From assembly GCF_022539665.2 (NCBI RefSeq), contig NC_081332.1, forward strand, positions 124,001 to 188,000: DNA of 64,000 nt, read 5' to 3'. The notes beneath the pieces were generated by a model. The model was given only the letters and a program-made list of their open reading frames with translations, did no database searches and had not been told where the DNA came from. The translations under genes were made by a program, and so were the position numbers. Source of the DNA: Daphnia carinata. Lineage: Eukaryota. Positions 23,010 to 37,521 of the stretch are shown here, one piece after another. The stretch's first letter is position 1; each line of letters begins with the position of its first letter.

Positions 23010-24629
23010 TTTTGAACATGCGCTTTCAGCCGGTAGAACTGGGCGAATACCCACAGAACAGACGAAGAGCCAAGCTTAACTGTTCTTTTTCTTTTTTATG
23101 TTGTTGATCAAATTGAAATGTTCCAGGTTTACACAAAAAAATAAAATAAAAACACGGGTCACGTATATGTATTTTTTCTTACTTGTTGCTCATTTCCTTC
23201 TTTTGCAGGGCCGAGACTTTATGCAAAGTCTCACCTTAGGGGAAGATCAGGAAAAGATTGCATTTTTAACATGTTCCTCACGACGCGACTGTCTTATTTT
23301 GGCGTTGGCAGCTACAAAATATCTGAGTTTGAATCCATCTATGGAAAAATTTTCAAAATTCAAGCAAACTGAAAATATCGCGAAACAAACTGCATTAATG
23401 ACGTGAAGTTCGTACAGTTCAGTAAATTGTTCTTTGCTCCCCTTAAAGTAAATAGCATGTACTTCTTATCATGACTAACTATTTTCAGTTATCCGAACAG
23501 AATGTTAATGAAGATAAATTGAATGGTAATTTAATGTTGGATTTTTTGCTTCTAAGGACCTGCAAAAATTCAACAAATGCAATTAAAAAGAACGAATGGT
23601 AAAGCAAAATATTTGCTAGGGAAATTTAAACAGATTGCATGATTATCCATATTTAAACATTTTAAAAATTTGTCTAGTCTCAAAGGTAATCAGACTAATA
23701 ATTAAATGGCTTTTTCCATTCAACTAACAATATTGATTGTATCCTGAATTTTTTTAATTTTTGCTTGTTCCCATTGCTAAACAACGCCCAGAGATGTCTT
23801 TTTGCCATCGCGCAACTTGCTTGACCTTGAACACTTTATTTAAAAAAAAAAAATCAAGCACCTTGTTAAGAATGATTAAGAGAAACGAGAATTTCCAACA
23901 TCCCAGTATGGTCTTGTTATTGCTGCGCATCGAAACATTTCAGCTCGTTTACATCGTACTGTGAAACGTGAATTTCACTGAAGCGTTAACGCCTGGCTTC
24001 CCCAGATGTCGTGAGTATACAAATAGATGATTCACTCTGGTTAATCGGTTACTTGTTGCGTCATCATTGCCATCTGCATCTACAATGTAATCAGAAATTC
24101 TTGCCGTCAAACTCCAAAGTATGGCGGAATCTTCAACCGAATAATGAGTTGGCATTTCACGGTAGGACTATATTTATATGAATGTTATACCTTGAGATCA
24201 GACAAAGAAAAAAACAAAAATATCTTCTCAATTGATAAATTTTCCATGTTATCGATTTCGAAATGCACATAAATTCAACATAGTAAGTACAATAATTTCC
24301 CCCTTCATAAACAATCTAACCAAATAATATGTTTTAGGATTTTTTTGTGCTATATCATTTGTATACCATGTTTACGAGACTAGCTGATGGAATTCCAAAT
24401 CACAATTATCGATTATAATTTGTAAATGGTTGACCAAATCGAATAAGGGCACTTGTTGTCGATGCTCCGAGTCGTTTTGCTTGTCCTCTCTCAAAAATAA
24501 TAATCAACAAAAATGAATAATGGAAAAGAAAAAAATAAAATAAAATGAAGGAATGTCTTCTTTTTATCTGAACTGTCGCTTGTGAATTGCCCGTCTCACC
24601 GCTAAACGGTTCCGTTTGTGATCCGACTT

Positions 24630-27600
24630 TTACGTAGCAGCCTAAGGCGTGAAATAAAAAATAATCAAATGTTTATTGAGGGAAGATAAACGTTTTAGCG
24701 GTTGTTGGCAACTTACCACCATCAGATGTCCATTTTTACCCTTAGCAATGCCCGTTATTTCTCCACCTCGGGTAATTTCAATAGTACCAGGCTTACCCTT
24801 GGCAATGTGATGTGTCAGCCTTTAGGGAAAAAAACGATAAATAAATTGTAGAAAACGAATAATGCAAATATACGAGTTGATTAATTAGTGAAAGCGGATC
24901 ATTACGAAGTTGCGGATTCAAATCGAATTATGTCGCGCTTTTTGCAGGTTTCGACAATCCAGGTAAGCGTTTCCTATGAAAAAAAAAAACAAAACAAATG
25001 TATATATATATACTGTAGTTTATGCACAGTCACATGGAAGCAAGCATTTACTACACTATTAATAAGAATGGTCGACTTACAATCAGGTAGTTGCATTCGA
25101 GGATCAGGTCACCTTTATCTTTTTTATCGTCTTCGGGGATTCGCACCACGACCAAATTATCCTGACTGTTGGTCACCGTTATGCCAGTAATATCGTTGAA
25201 GGTCAACCTGTGCTTGACTTTGCAATCTTTGGCATCCAGCAAATAGACGGCCGCCTTGGTAAGTACTAGGTAACGTTCGCGAGCCGTGTATCCATGACGG
25301 TCAAATTTCGTTACCGGAGCCGAGTACTACAGAAAAGCCAATTGAAAAAGGAAAAAAAAAAATGACCCATCAAGTGCAACGGACGAGAAAAAAGTCGTCG
25401 AATAAAGAGTAAAAGCATAAAAGCATACCAAAATAGTCTCGCCTTGGGATTTGACATTGGCTTCGAAATTAGAACGGAAAAGTCCTTGTTGTTCGGTGGA
25501 CAATCGGCAATCGACGAACCATTTGGTGACACTGGCACCGTAACTCTTTTTGTTATCTACAGTGCAACAAATGACAATGATGAATCATTTGAATACAATT
25601 GCAAACATTAGGAGGGTAGGATTATGTAATTTACTTTTAAATACCGCTTCAGCCAACACTTTCATTTCAAATTGATGACGACGCGAAGGCGAAAGACCCT
25701 TGCAGTAGCGTCCCACCATCCATTGCATGTACATGGCTCGCAGTATATTATTGGCCTGCATAAAAAAAGAAAATCAAACGTATTTTCGCGGTTTTCCAGC
25801 AAGTGTGACAAATGCCAAAAACCTCTTGACAACTGGCGGGAGCGTCGGGCCAGGACTTGTCCATGACTGATTGAGGAAGCTGCTTAGCCAAACGCAACAG
25901 ATACTGGTAACGGACGAAGCCGAGGAATTTTTCATTGTCGCTTCCCATCGGCTCGTTACGCTTCATGAAGCCAATAATGAATCGACGAATCACGGCTACA
26001 GCCGATCGGCGTTTGGTAGCTTCACGTTTAGCCAAGAAACGGCGAACCAACGCCTTAAGATGTTAAATTTAAATCTTTATGATAAAAAGAAAACAGCTCT
26101 CAATTTCTTTTGCCAATAGGGTTTACTTGCACGTGGATGATGTGAGCGCGAATAACCAGGTACTTGCGTCGTTGCAGTATGCCCTTGTATTTGGCCTGAA
26201 TTTTGCTAGCCAACTCGTTCTTCCGCCTCTGAAACGCGTCTTCAGTTTCAAACAGAGTCTTGGGCAGTCTGATGAATATCTTGGTCAGACCCATGCGATA
26301 ATCATCTTCTCCATACTGCGTTTTCCAAATATTCAATTGTATCAGTACGGACGATGGCTTTTTGCCTACATCTGGAGAAAACTTTGCTTTCACCTTAAGA
26401 TGATTGACGAGTGTCTGAACGGCGCTTTTGGCATCGCCTTTCGGATGCGGCCAAGTTTCTGGACACAGGCTTTTATAGCGACCCAGGAAGCCTTCGTAAG
26501 GCCGACGGTAGGCGAAACCAGCTCGACGGACTCGCAAGTTCTCCATCAAACCCAAATATTTCACCTAACGAAAATGAAAAAAAATTTGAAATGATATTCT
26601 CTTTTGAATTTTCATCAAAGTCATACTTGATGCGTGACGATGGCCGTCTCGAAAAGCCCCGGTTTTTGAACGTCATTGGGTTTGATGCATCGAATATACG
26701 ACGGCTCTTTACTAACCAAAATGTCTACCAGCTGCGCCAAACTGGTCTTGAATTGTGACGCGGCCGTATCTGGACGCTTCTTTCGACTCAAATCGCTCGC
26801 CGTGAACATCTGACGGGAAAGAAAAAAAATTTCAATTCAATCACACGGAAATACGTAGAAAAAAAAATCTCGTGACGCGTACGTCTTTGGTGATTTTGTT
26901 GGAAGACGAAATCATGGCTTCCTTCAAGTCACGGTAGAGAAGATCGTTGTTTTTCTCCAAGAATCCGTTGGCGTTGTACGTGACTTCGCCAGCATAGTGG
27001 ACCAAACGGAATTCTTCGCGCTCAATGGTCTTTTTGGTTTTGTTGTCACCTTTAGCATGGCTCAGATAATGCGGGTGATCGCTCAGAAGTTTGTCCATCT
27101 TGTTCAAGAATGTTTTGTCGTTGGCTTCGCCAGGCACGAGACATTCTTCGTCCATAATGGAAATAATACCTGGACGAACGGAGAGAAACAGGTTTCTAAG
27201 AATGGATTCGGATTGACTGGCAACGATTGTATGTTATACCTTTGTGCTTCTCTTCGATCAGATCGCAAATGATCTTGTTATCGAAGTAAGTGACGGGTTC
27301 CCAAGCGATGCCTTCACGACGATATTCATCTTGTTCGGATTTCATGGTCAGCTCGATAAAGAGCTGTTGAAGTTTCTCGTTACAATAATTAATGCACAGT
27401 TGTTCGAAACTGTTGGACTGGAAAATTTCAAAGCCGTAAATGTCCAAAATGCCGAGTACGACTTTCTTCTTGACCTCGGCGGCAGATTGCAGAGACTGAT
27501 TGAGTCGCTGGACGAGCCAAGTAAACATGCGTTCATACACGGATTTTGATAAGGCGTCTCGGGCTTTGACAGCTTCGTCACGACCCATCGGCGACACCAC

Positions 27601-29112
27601 AACGTCTCCTCGTGCGTCGATTGTCCGATTCAGCAGGGCTTTCACCAGTTTTTCCTCGGGGCATCCAAGGAGCTAATGCATTACAGTGAAAAACATTGTT
27701 ATTTTTTTTTTCAAGACGCCCCAATTCTAGAATACTGGTTGGTTTTTTTTTTTTTTCTTTCCAAAAAAAAAAAACAATAATAAAAAAAAACAACATAAAT
27801 ACACACCTTTGCGATAGTGGAAACCAAAGCAGGATTGCTGATGCTCGCTCGGCCACCCTCTCCGCTGGCAAACTCGAGGTTGCCAAGATGGATGATGACT
27901 GACAAAAGATGGAAAAGTGCTTCTTGCTCTTCGTCTCCAATTTCCATGACGTGCAGAGCCTCCCTAACGATTTTAAAGCTCTGCGCGTCGTTAATTCCGC
28001 TCAGTCGTGAGCTTTCGCCCTACGTTCAATAAGCAGACCAGCCATATCAGAGACAATGATCATTTTGCATCACACGGCGCACACTGTGTACGGCAAACCT
28101 GTTTAAGGTAAACGTAGAGATCAGGGTCCCTCTTGAGGAATAGTCTCTCCAAAAGGTCATCGTCAGCACCCGCGAGCAGCTGGTAAAATATATGGAAGTT
28201 GCGTTCGCCTTTAGCCTGGAATACGACGCGTGACTTTTCCAGTAGATAGTTGATGATATGTCCACCGGTGGGATCGCCCTGCACGAAATAAAACAAACGG
28301 CGCTCTCAGGTACGACTTTCTCCTTCTGAAACTCGTTTTTAAGGAATTTTATTTTACGGTGAAATCGAACTCGACGTCCATGTATTTGCCAAATCGAGAC
28401 GAGTTGTCATTTCGGTTGGTCTTGGCGTTACCAAAGGCCTCTAAGACCGGGTTCGACTGAAGCAATTTGTCTTTAACCGTCTCCAAACTGGCCTTCTTGC
28501 GCGTAGTAGCCGCGATGAACTGCAAAACTTTCTTTGATGCTTCTGTCTTGCCCGCTCCAGATTCACCTGGTGGCCGCCAGGAAGAATCCACAACAACAAA
28601 ATTACTTATAATCCGTACAAAGGGCGAATCAAATTGTTCAACTTGTGGCAATTAACCTGAAATGAGGATGCATTGATTGACGAGCTCTCCGCGCAAAGAT
28701 CGCAGCGCCGTGTCCGTCAGGGCAAATCTAGAGTGCAAATAAAGGGTTTAAGGTGAAAGGCTATTCGCTTGGGGCTGAGATTTCTCTTACACGTGAGGAG
28801 GCAGCTCGTAGAAATTGACATTGCGATACTTTTCAACATAGTCTGATCCGTAGATGGGCAGGTTCTTGTACGGATTAACGGAAACCAACACTGATCCAAT
28901 ATATGTCTGTTGTTTTCGTGAAAAGAATTATTTAGCCTCGATTTGAAATTGCTATTGAAATTGAAAGGGAGAACAAAAGCTCTTACATAAATAAGCTCTT
29001 CTTTGGATCGTTTCTGCAAGTTTTCTATAAAATCCGCCTCAGACGTGTGGTTCTCCAACAGAACAAAATCCTGGACTCCTACCCGGTCCCGCACGTGCAA
29101 ATCTTGCTCCAT
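24630..29112 (-). CDS. Myo61F: Unconventional class I myosin (Myo1c/Myo61F type); multi-exon
   Basis: [21 protein letters not shown] start, P-loop [35 protein letters not shown] motifs, TH1 tail ending [11 protein letters not shown]. An in-frame TGA upstream fixes the ATG at 29112. Confidence 0.95.
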
Positions 29113-32100
29113 GGCACTGTTCACTCACGCTGGAGGAGGGGGGCGACGATGACAACGGTAGATAAGGGCCGTTCTCCTAGCGCATGAAATTAGATAGCAC
29201 TTGTTAATTCTCAAATTTTGTTCATGCATGGTATGAAACGTTGGCGAATGGTAGACCACTCAGCGAAACGTGTTAAAACAATCAGAGCATAAACTTTTTC
29301 ATTGCTAAGCTTTACTTCACAGCGACCGGAACTGACCCGATAGAATCATCAGTCGTAAATGTCGCTCAAGGCAATGGCTCGTAACAACAAAAAAAAATAA
29401 GAAAATAACTAAATAAAATAAAACAAAAAATGTCGGGGTCACGTTGAGAACATGCGTCTAATGATTTATAAACTTCGAGGAAAATGGACTCGCCGTAGTA
29501 GGACCTTGTTTTCCCATCTACGTTGCCTTCCTTATTGTTATTCAAGCTCTGCTGGGAAAGATACTATTTGAAAGGCGGGGCAAATGTTAAAGCAACAACA
29601 ACACCCAGGATGCAAGGGGGGAAGGGATTGGGGTGGGGGGGGAGGAGGGCGTTGTTTCTACGGGTAAACGTACATACGCACGCACGCGCCTACCGAACGA
29701 ATTAAGGCGGAAGCTGGCTGCTGCGCGTACCTTAAAATAGAGGTTAATGAATCACTGCTTCAACACGGATCTGAAGAGTTCCAATAGAGGAACTTTTAAA
29801 GACAAGCCCTTTTATATACATATATATACATTGTATATGTGTATATATATAAATATTTAAAGAATAGCAACGGGGAAGGCATAGCCGGGAATTTCACGTA
29901 TGATAAAATAGGAGGGCGAATGGTCGAATGGCTGATACGCACAGGCAGTAAAAATAACAACCAAAGAAATCGACTTTGCTCCATTGAACCAGTAGAGGTT
30001 TCACGATGCAGGCGCGGCCAGCTTGAAAAATGAATAATCAATCGCAGCCGCCCACCATCGACGTCAATCCTTTCAATGCAAATGAGTTTTTTTTATTCTT
30101 TTTCTTAATTTCTAGTCTGAGATGCGCTTCGCTTCAGAAACGAACCCATGGTCACGGTTATTTTTCAATCTTTTTTGTTCTTTTTAGAAGGTCCTAGTGA
30201 AATAAAAGGAACCTGTTTTTTTTTGTAAATATCAACGTCAAGAATGCCCTTGTTTACCGAAAAGAAACATTCCCCACCCCCCCATTTCTTTGAAAATGGA
30301 AAAAAATATAATAAAAAAAAAGACTCAGTTATGGAGTGATCTATCTTTTTACCGGGTGTCGCAACGCTTGTTGACTGGAGAGATCAAGCTGTGTTAGATA
30401 AGAAAACAGTACCAGACTCATTGTAACTTTGACGTTCTTTGCACGATTCCCTACGCCTCGAGAAAAAAAAAGAAAATGAAAAAGATAATGCACAGTAAAT
30501 AAACGGGAAAGTTGCCTTGGCTGTTTACAGGGCGTGATAGTTAAAAAAAAAAAGCTGGTAGTGACAAAGGCCAACAATTCCAGGTGAAACTTTCCTATAC
30601 GAGATCAAAAGTAAAAAGGTGGAGTTCATCGAGCTCCCGCGTCACGTCAACTATATAATGCAATGCACAAAACACGATCGTTATTACCTAACAGGTTACT
30701 GGTGGAAAGCTGATTGTTTGACGTCACTGTCGATGACAATTTCGATTAAAAACCGTCAAAATCTTAACTTCTATAGACAACTAAAAGCGTCAAGCACTAG
30801 ACGCCGAAATATAGTGAGAGCTTTGTCCTTTTTCTTCGATAACGTGACGAGGTATTTGAATCACGTCAAGATAAACGACATCATTCCCAAGATAAGTAAG
30901 CCGGCCGGTGGCTTATTGGGACACGTCTTATCAAAAGGTTGGTAAAAGATGAGTATCTGAGTCCGGCTTACGAGTGGCAACTTCTTAACTGACACACACT
31001 GACACCAACGAACGAAATATTTAGTTAGGCCACTATACACTTGACGAATTAAGTAGGATGCAGTTGAACAAACGAAGACTGTAATCGAACGTTGGAACGA
31101 AAAAATAAAATAATAAAAACAAACATTAAAAAAAAACTGTGACGAACATCTGCAGCTTTGACAGATGGCGATCACACACAATGCGAGAACGTTTTAACGC
31201 CATTTTTACGTTGAGTCACAAATACCAAAAGCGCGCACTTTTAATACGGAAAAATAAACAATCAAAATAAACACAACCAACTAGACGCAAAACGAACTTA
31301 CTTGGTTTGAAATAAACTGCTTGGTCAAACTCAGGGGAGAGAAGAGACAAGTGGAAATGGTCCAGTGCCACCAAGATAAATGGATAATGGAAGAAAGTGA
31401 GTAGGTAAAACGGAGCACGAAAAGTACTAGACTGCACCGGTCGGGACTTGACAGTAAAATCGCGCTGATGGGGACGAAAAAACCACTTTCAACTATAGCC
31501 ACCTCTCAGTTCCAGATGATAACTGTGCCGCCAGTCCCGCCACAGTTTTTGTGTGCATTTTTTCGAGCACGCGAGAGGCTCCAAAAGGTTAAAATTTCCC
31601 AATTAATTCAGTTCCGAATGCCATCTATTGGACTGTTCTGAAGGCTGTTGGATGTTAAAACTAAAACGAGACAAAAATAATTTTTGGAGTCATCATAGGG
31701 ACAAAAGAAATTAGTCGGGGATAGCAAAACTCAATGTAATGGTCAAATTGGGATTTCAGCTGTAATAGCCTTCCGTCCCCCCCCCCCAGGAGACGGAACT
31801 AGATGATAAGATAAACAGACCGACACGTGCATTTGAAGCAAACTAGACTACTGTGCCAGCTTTTTTTCATTTCTATCCCTGTTTTGCAAGAAGTTTTATT
31901 TCATTCGACTTTTTTCATGTGAAGTCTCACCTCGTACAATCTTTGTAGACATTCCATTTTTCTTTCGCAACAGCCGCATATCATTTGTCGGTAACGGCTA
32001 AAACTGCTCTTCCCTCGCCATGATCACAGGATGTGTGGGCTAGTAAGAACTTGCAGTCAATGCAAAGTAAAGCCATTCAGTCAGACAGAAAAATGAGAAT

Positions 32101-33099
32101 ACAAATTTTTGAAGCGCTAATGCTCTTCGGCTTCTGTCAGTAAGCGGTCAGACATGGAGCAACTTGTGGTTCAGGGATTATTACTAAAGTACTCCATGAA
32201 CTCGAAAAATTTACATTCGTTATCTTTCATCGCAATTTTGTCGTTCATCGCAAATTTTTTGTCATTAATTTTGGTACAATATATAATACAGTATTTCAAT
32301 ACGTGCGAGCCATGATCCATCCCTCCCCCCTTACAGCGGATTGTTAGAATTGTATTCAGTTTTTTTTAGTGGGTAGAAGAACGTTCTGCATCATTCGTGT
32401 AGCAAGGCCTTCAGCAGAAGGAATAGATTTGGAAAAATTCTTGTTTACGCCATGCTTACACTGTTGAATTTTTCGATAGGTTGACGCAATCACGTTATTT
32501 ACAGAACCAAACACGCCTAAAGGCATTACTGTTATCATTCCCCTCCCGTTTCGCTATTATTTTCTATCCAGAAAATACGATAAAGGTTTTAAAGACTTCG
32601 AACAAATAGAAAAATTTAACTAGTTTTTTTTTAACACACAAAGCTATTTTTAACATTAACGTGAGTCGGAAGCGGCAGACACATGTCTCTAATAGATTTG
32701 AATATCAATTCTCAGCTATTGGACTTAAAGGATTTAAAAAAATAACACTGATTTCTTATTTCTCCACTTTTATAGGGAGTCATTAAGATATATTCAGTCC
32801 ATAATTATTAGGTCAAGAGGTTTGCATGATGTTTTTTTCTATTTAGTAAGTACTAATCTATCTTATTGTACTTTAACTTTGGCACACCGAGATGTTATCT
32901 GCTTCCACCACCAGACTATAAGATGAGTTTCTACAAAGATAAAAAAGAAATGTTTGCCTATTTCTACCAAAAGTATAATCAGGGGCTTCATACATCTCAT
33001 TCCCATTTATTACAATAGATGCAGTACAGAATTTAAACAGGACTAAGATCAAATAAGCTTCTTTAGCAATTACTATGTACTAGTGTGAGCTTATTTGAA

Positions 33100-33578
33100 C
33101 TAATTAAACTTAAACATCCTGTCTGCATAGGACACCTGACCTGTTCTTAGCTTGGCTTCTTGTTCATTCTAAAAAAACAAACAATAAATGTTACATAAAC
33201 AGAATTAGACATTTAAATAAAATATATTACTCGTTTGGACTGAAAAATCCAAGCAAATCCAAGGATTAACCCAACCAGCGGGACAAGACCATATTGGGTA
33301 GTTTTTGGTGTAACTCTGAAAAAATCAAAATTTGAAACCTTCATGGACGAGAATCGCTGGACTGCTGGATCGAACTGTAATGATATCGAGATTAGTGTTG
33401 ACCAAGTGCAACAATTGAATTTTCAAAGACTTACGATGACGCCAGGTTCACTGTGGACGTAGGGATGAGTTACTTGCTTGCGAAATTCAGCTTTTAACGC
33501 ATTTCTTAGCTTTGCTCGGGCAGCTGCTGCTTCGGTTTCAGGTAAAACTGGGATGCCTTTACCTGCTTTATCCGCCAT
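33100..33578 (-). CDS. NDUFB4: NADH dehydrogenase (ubiquinone) 1 beta subcomplex subunit 4 (B15); 3 exons
   Basis: Manual translation: MADKAGKG...LKAEFRKQVTHPYVHSEPGVI / FDPAVQRFSSMKVSNFDFFRVTPKT...FAWIFQSKR / NEQEAKLRTGQVSYADRMFKFN*. Confidence 0.88.
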
Positions 33579-34229
33579 TTTCCACTAAATTTGCCAAACA
33601 AATGCGAGTTATTCTGCTTTCAGAGTAAGGTTATGGAATATGGATATACTAATGTTAGCAGACGAAATTATCCTGTGAATTCCCTGTAGCCCTCTAGGCA
33701 TTGAGTTTTGTAACGCTGCTGAAAGCTTCATTATTTATCCGCTAGGGAAGTTAGCCGCATTTTAAAAAAAGTTACGAGTGCCTAAAACGCAATGTGTAAA
33801 AAAATTTTCACAAAAAATGAAGTTAAATGAAGAGAAAAAAAATCTTGTTCGTCGTTTAAACACCTTTGGTACTTTTCTAGGGTCGACTCCAATCAACTTC
33901 AGCCCTGGTGCACCCCAACTTCCGCATGGAAAACGGACCATCGGAATCGATCAATATGATTCATTCTCCAGCAGATGCAGTGTCGGTCGGCGCACCGGTG
34001 CTCAAACGGCTGTCTTCATGTTACGTGGTGTTGGTCAAGGGGCCATTTTCACAAAAGTGAAATTTTTTATTTTGTACTTGAACACTTGCTATACAATAAT
34101 TTTTTTTTCCTGTTAAGGTAACCGCAGAATCGGAAGCAGCACCAAAGAATTTTAAAGGAAGACCAAAGGTAAATTAAATTTTTAATAATTTAAATTTTGT
34201 ATAATTTTTTTTGTGTGTTTTGCAACGAC

Positions 34230-34519
34230 CACGATTATGAGATACGGTAAAAACTTGTTCTCAGTTCCTGCCCCGAGTGTGGCAAGTGAGGGCGTTTTAG
34301 CGCGGAAATAAGATATTTTTGGTGTTACAAGGATGAGTCTGAATCCTGACAAAAATGAAGTCCTTGCCTGTTTGCGTTTTTGGTAAAGGCCAAGATAAGT
34401 GGACGAGTTTGATGTTCACAAACCTATTGAAGGTAAAGACGATAGTGACCTCAATTCAGAACATGTGTAAACAGAAGATCGGGTCAAAATGCGACCCGAT
34501 CAACGCGGACCGGGTCCTA
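34230..34519 (+). pseudogene. hAT transposase dimerisation-domain remnant with probable element end
   Basis: LFSVPAPSVASEGV...DIFGVTRMSLNPD...CLRFW, followed by GC-rich subterminal-like sequence ending GGGTCCTA. Confidence 0.6.
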
Positions 34520-35752
34520 GCCTTTTCGCAAAAAAATGCTATCAGCGAAACATTGGAGGCAGCAACGTATAAAAGTGCTAGCAGGCTAGGGCTGTTACAG
34601 ATGCGCGCATTGGACAAGTGAGGATTCCACAACCGGTTTCTTCACAAATCCGTCGTCTGTTTCCCCATTTGTTTATCCGTTCTTTTAAAATTTTTTTTTG
34701 GCAATCATGTGTTCCGGCGGTAACACATGAATACTAGAATGATAATAACATTTGTGCTTTTGCTCTGTCTTTTCTTTATCTTCTATTTTTTAATTCTGAT
34801 CTTCTGTAAGAAAATGTTACCTACTTGTTTCACCTCAAAACTGTCCAACCGCTTCATCGATACACTCTTTCAACGTTTCGAAAACTAAAAGGTTGCTTGA
34901 TACTATAACAGTCACTATTCACGAGTAGTGACGGAACGAGCAACGCAGGAATTGAACAAAAGAAGTTCGTTTGTTCATTCAGCATTGCAAGAAAAATCTT
35001 TTCCGTCGCTACGCTAACTTTTAAAGTGTATTACCAGTAAAACAGAACTAATGTTGTTTTTTGTTTTGAAAAAGAGAAGATAAACCATTGGCGATACAAG
35101 TATTTCAATGTTTAAACTGGCTAGCAACCCTGCACTTCCTTAGAGACAAGACTGTTTGTGATAAAATAAACACCATCAAATGACATATGATACGGTTTGT
35201 TTCTTCTTTAAAATAATTTTATTTTATAAAACGAGTCATATTCCTGGGCTAGCCATCCTATGCATATATGCATGAATCCGAAGTCACGTCTATAATGTAA
35301 CATGAAACCAGTTGGCTTTTAATATTATCTAGATATATTTTTTTGAGTTGAAAATTCAGCTGGGAATTAGCGTAGGAACAGCAAGAAGGATAACCAATTT
35401 GCTTAAAAAACCAATTGCGAAATTGTTTTAAACTTCTTTATAAGCCTACATTTTTAAAATCTATATGCATATATTGGTTGCAAGAACTGATCGATCCTGA
35501 TCCGGTCCAGGAAAAAAAATTCTGCTTCTGCACCTTGGGGGAAATTTTGTTTTTCAAGAGCCATTCCGTCAATCGTATTATAACATGTAAAAGGCAACGT
35601 TGCGTTTGCTGACGTCGCATGCCTGCCATGGGGAGTGTTTTTCATTTTTGACATTTCAACAATCGACAATTCAACTCAACAAGTAGTCGCTTCCTAGTCA
35701 CACTACAATATATTTCTCCAAAATATTTTCCTGCCCATCATACTTCCAGAGA

Positions 35753-36408
35753 ATGACCAACTTTGAAGGCACTTTTACCAATTTCAAAAATGAAAAACTA
35801 GACGAATTTTATAGTGCTATCGGTATGTTATTTTCTTTCCGAATGTTATTTTCTATCGCAACATTTAAAAAAATTGTTTGCTAAGGAATACCATGGGTGG
35901 CACGAAAAATGATGACGGCTTCGTCACCCACGATTGAAATATCCAAGAACGATGACAAATGGACTGTTAAGACAAGTACATTGATGTCAAGTAGCTCAAA
36001 TACTTTTCAGCTTGGTCAAGAGTATGAAGAGACAATGATGGGAGGCAGATCTATTAAGGTAAAGAAAACTCAGGTTTTTCAGTATCATATAAAATTTATG
36101 ATTGCCAATGTTTAGAACACAACTGTTATTGAAGACAACAAGATGATTACCACCTCCCAGAGTGACCGTGGTAAATCTCAAAGGTATGGTATTTGATTAG
36201 TTGTAGATGTACTTCATCTTTCGTTGATTTGAAAATGATTATTGTTTTGTTTCAACAGGGTTATGGAGTTTGATGATAATGGCTTCATTATGGTATGTAC
36301 TAAACCATTACACCATTTGGTACAATTGGTTAATTTTTATTGCATCGCTAGACAATGACGCACGAGAAAACAGAATTAGTCGCTGTTCGTCACTTCAAAC
36401 GAGTGTAA
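35753..36408 (+). CDS. FABP: Fatty acid-binding protein (intracellular lipid-binding family); 5 exons
   Basis: MTNFEGTFTNFKNEKLDEFYSAIG / IPWVARKM...FQLGQEYEETMMGGRSIK / NTTVIEDNKMITTSQSDRGKSQR / VMEFDDNGFIM / TMTHEKTELVAVRHFKRV*. Confidence 0.9.
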
Positions 36409-37521
36409 ATTTTCCACCATATAACGCTTCGGAAAGATCTGAATAAATTTTATACTAACAATTTCCGTGCATTCTTTTCCCAATATGGGCTTCATGTCTA
36501 TGATAATATACTTTTATGCATGTTTTATTTTTTAAAGTCTACATTTTCCAATCGCTTTTCCTCACTATCATCAGTTGCCTAATAAGTGGGAGAAAACCTT
36601 AAATAAAATAGGAAAAACTAAAAAAAAAACGTCAAATAGGAAATAACAAGAGGTTCGTCAAACACTTAAAAATGCAGGCTCTGTTGAGTTTGGTGAATGG
36701 GAAAAACATACAAAAGGCATTGGGGCCATGCTTTCTTTATTAATTTTTTTTTAATGTTCAACCTGTAGTCGTAACTCTTCTTCAAGAAATATTTCAGTTG
36801 GTCTAGGCCTACATTTTGCTTACCGTAGCGGTCGGTCCCACGTCAATCGCTCTGTTTGCCAATCGGATGGAGTACTATTTTTGTTTTTCATAGCAGTCCG
36901 ATGGTGTGCAGACATTTTTATTTTACTTCATTATTTTTTGTGCCTCACATCATCGTGTTTCCAGCGGAACAGGAAAAGCAAAATCCCGAATTCAGCTAAG
37001 CAAATGTTTCGACAATAAGAAAATAACAAGTCGGAACTCGTAAGCCAATACCAACGGCATGAAGCTCTACCGAAAAGCAATCCAAAAGCAAGACTATGTT
37101 GACTAAAGGTTACAGCTGAGTTTACACCTCGTGAATTGGCTCAATGTTACCTAAAAATCTTTTTTCAGTAGGCCTATAACTCGTACGGGCTACAATCATC
37201 GTTACATTATTGAAGAAGTATTTCTCACATTACCGAATTCCGACAAAGGTTCCAATGGGATACAACGTGCCATTTACAGAAAGCTGTGCATATAAATGAT
37301 CCATTACGGAAAATGTTCAACCTTCCCTGTAGTCAGGCATCGGTGCAAAATGCTATCCTATTGAGCAATTTCGGAGGCATGACTAAGCAGAAACATTTCT
37401 AGTTCTCGATCAAAAAATTTTTTGACAAACGAGTTGTTCCAAGTTTTTAGGGATTATATTTAGCTGTTTTAATGTTCTAATTCCTTGTCATTAACAACGA
37501 TTGCTTAGGTTATAATAAATG

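Noticed and set aside
23949..24180. 68-aa minus ORF, or a C/D snoRNA (ATGATGA box)
   Set aside because: No recognisable protein motif and no properly placed CTGA D box; may simply be upstream or UTR sequence of the LPMO gene.
25871..28655. Multiple plus-strand ORFs up to 171 aa opposite myosin
   Set aside because: Antisense shadows of GC-richer exons with no recognisable motifs.
31148..31203. Upstream ATG exon (MALKRSRIVCDRHLSKLQ) as an N-terminal extension of myosin I
   Set aside because: Splicing to the acceptor at ~29176 meets an in-frame TGA before the 29112 ATG; at most a uORF.
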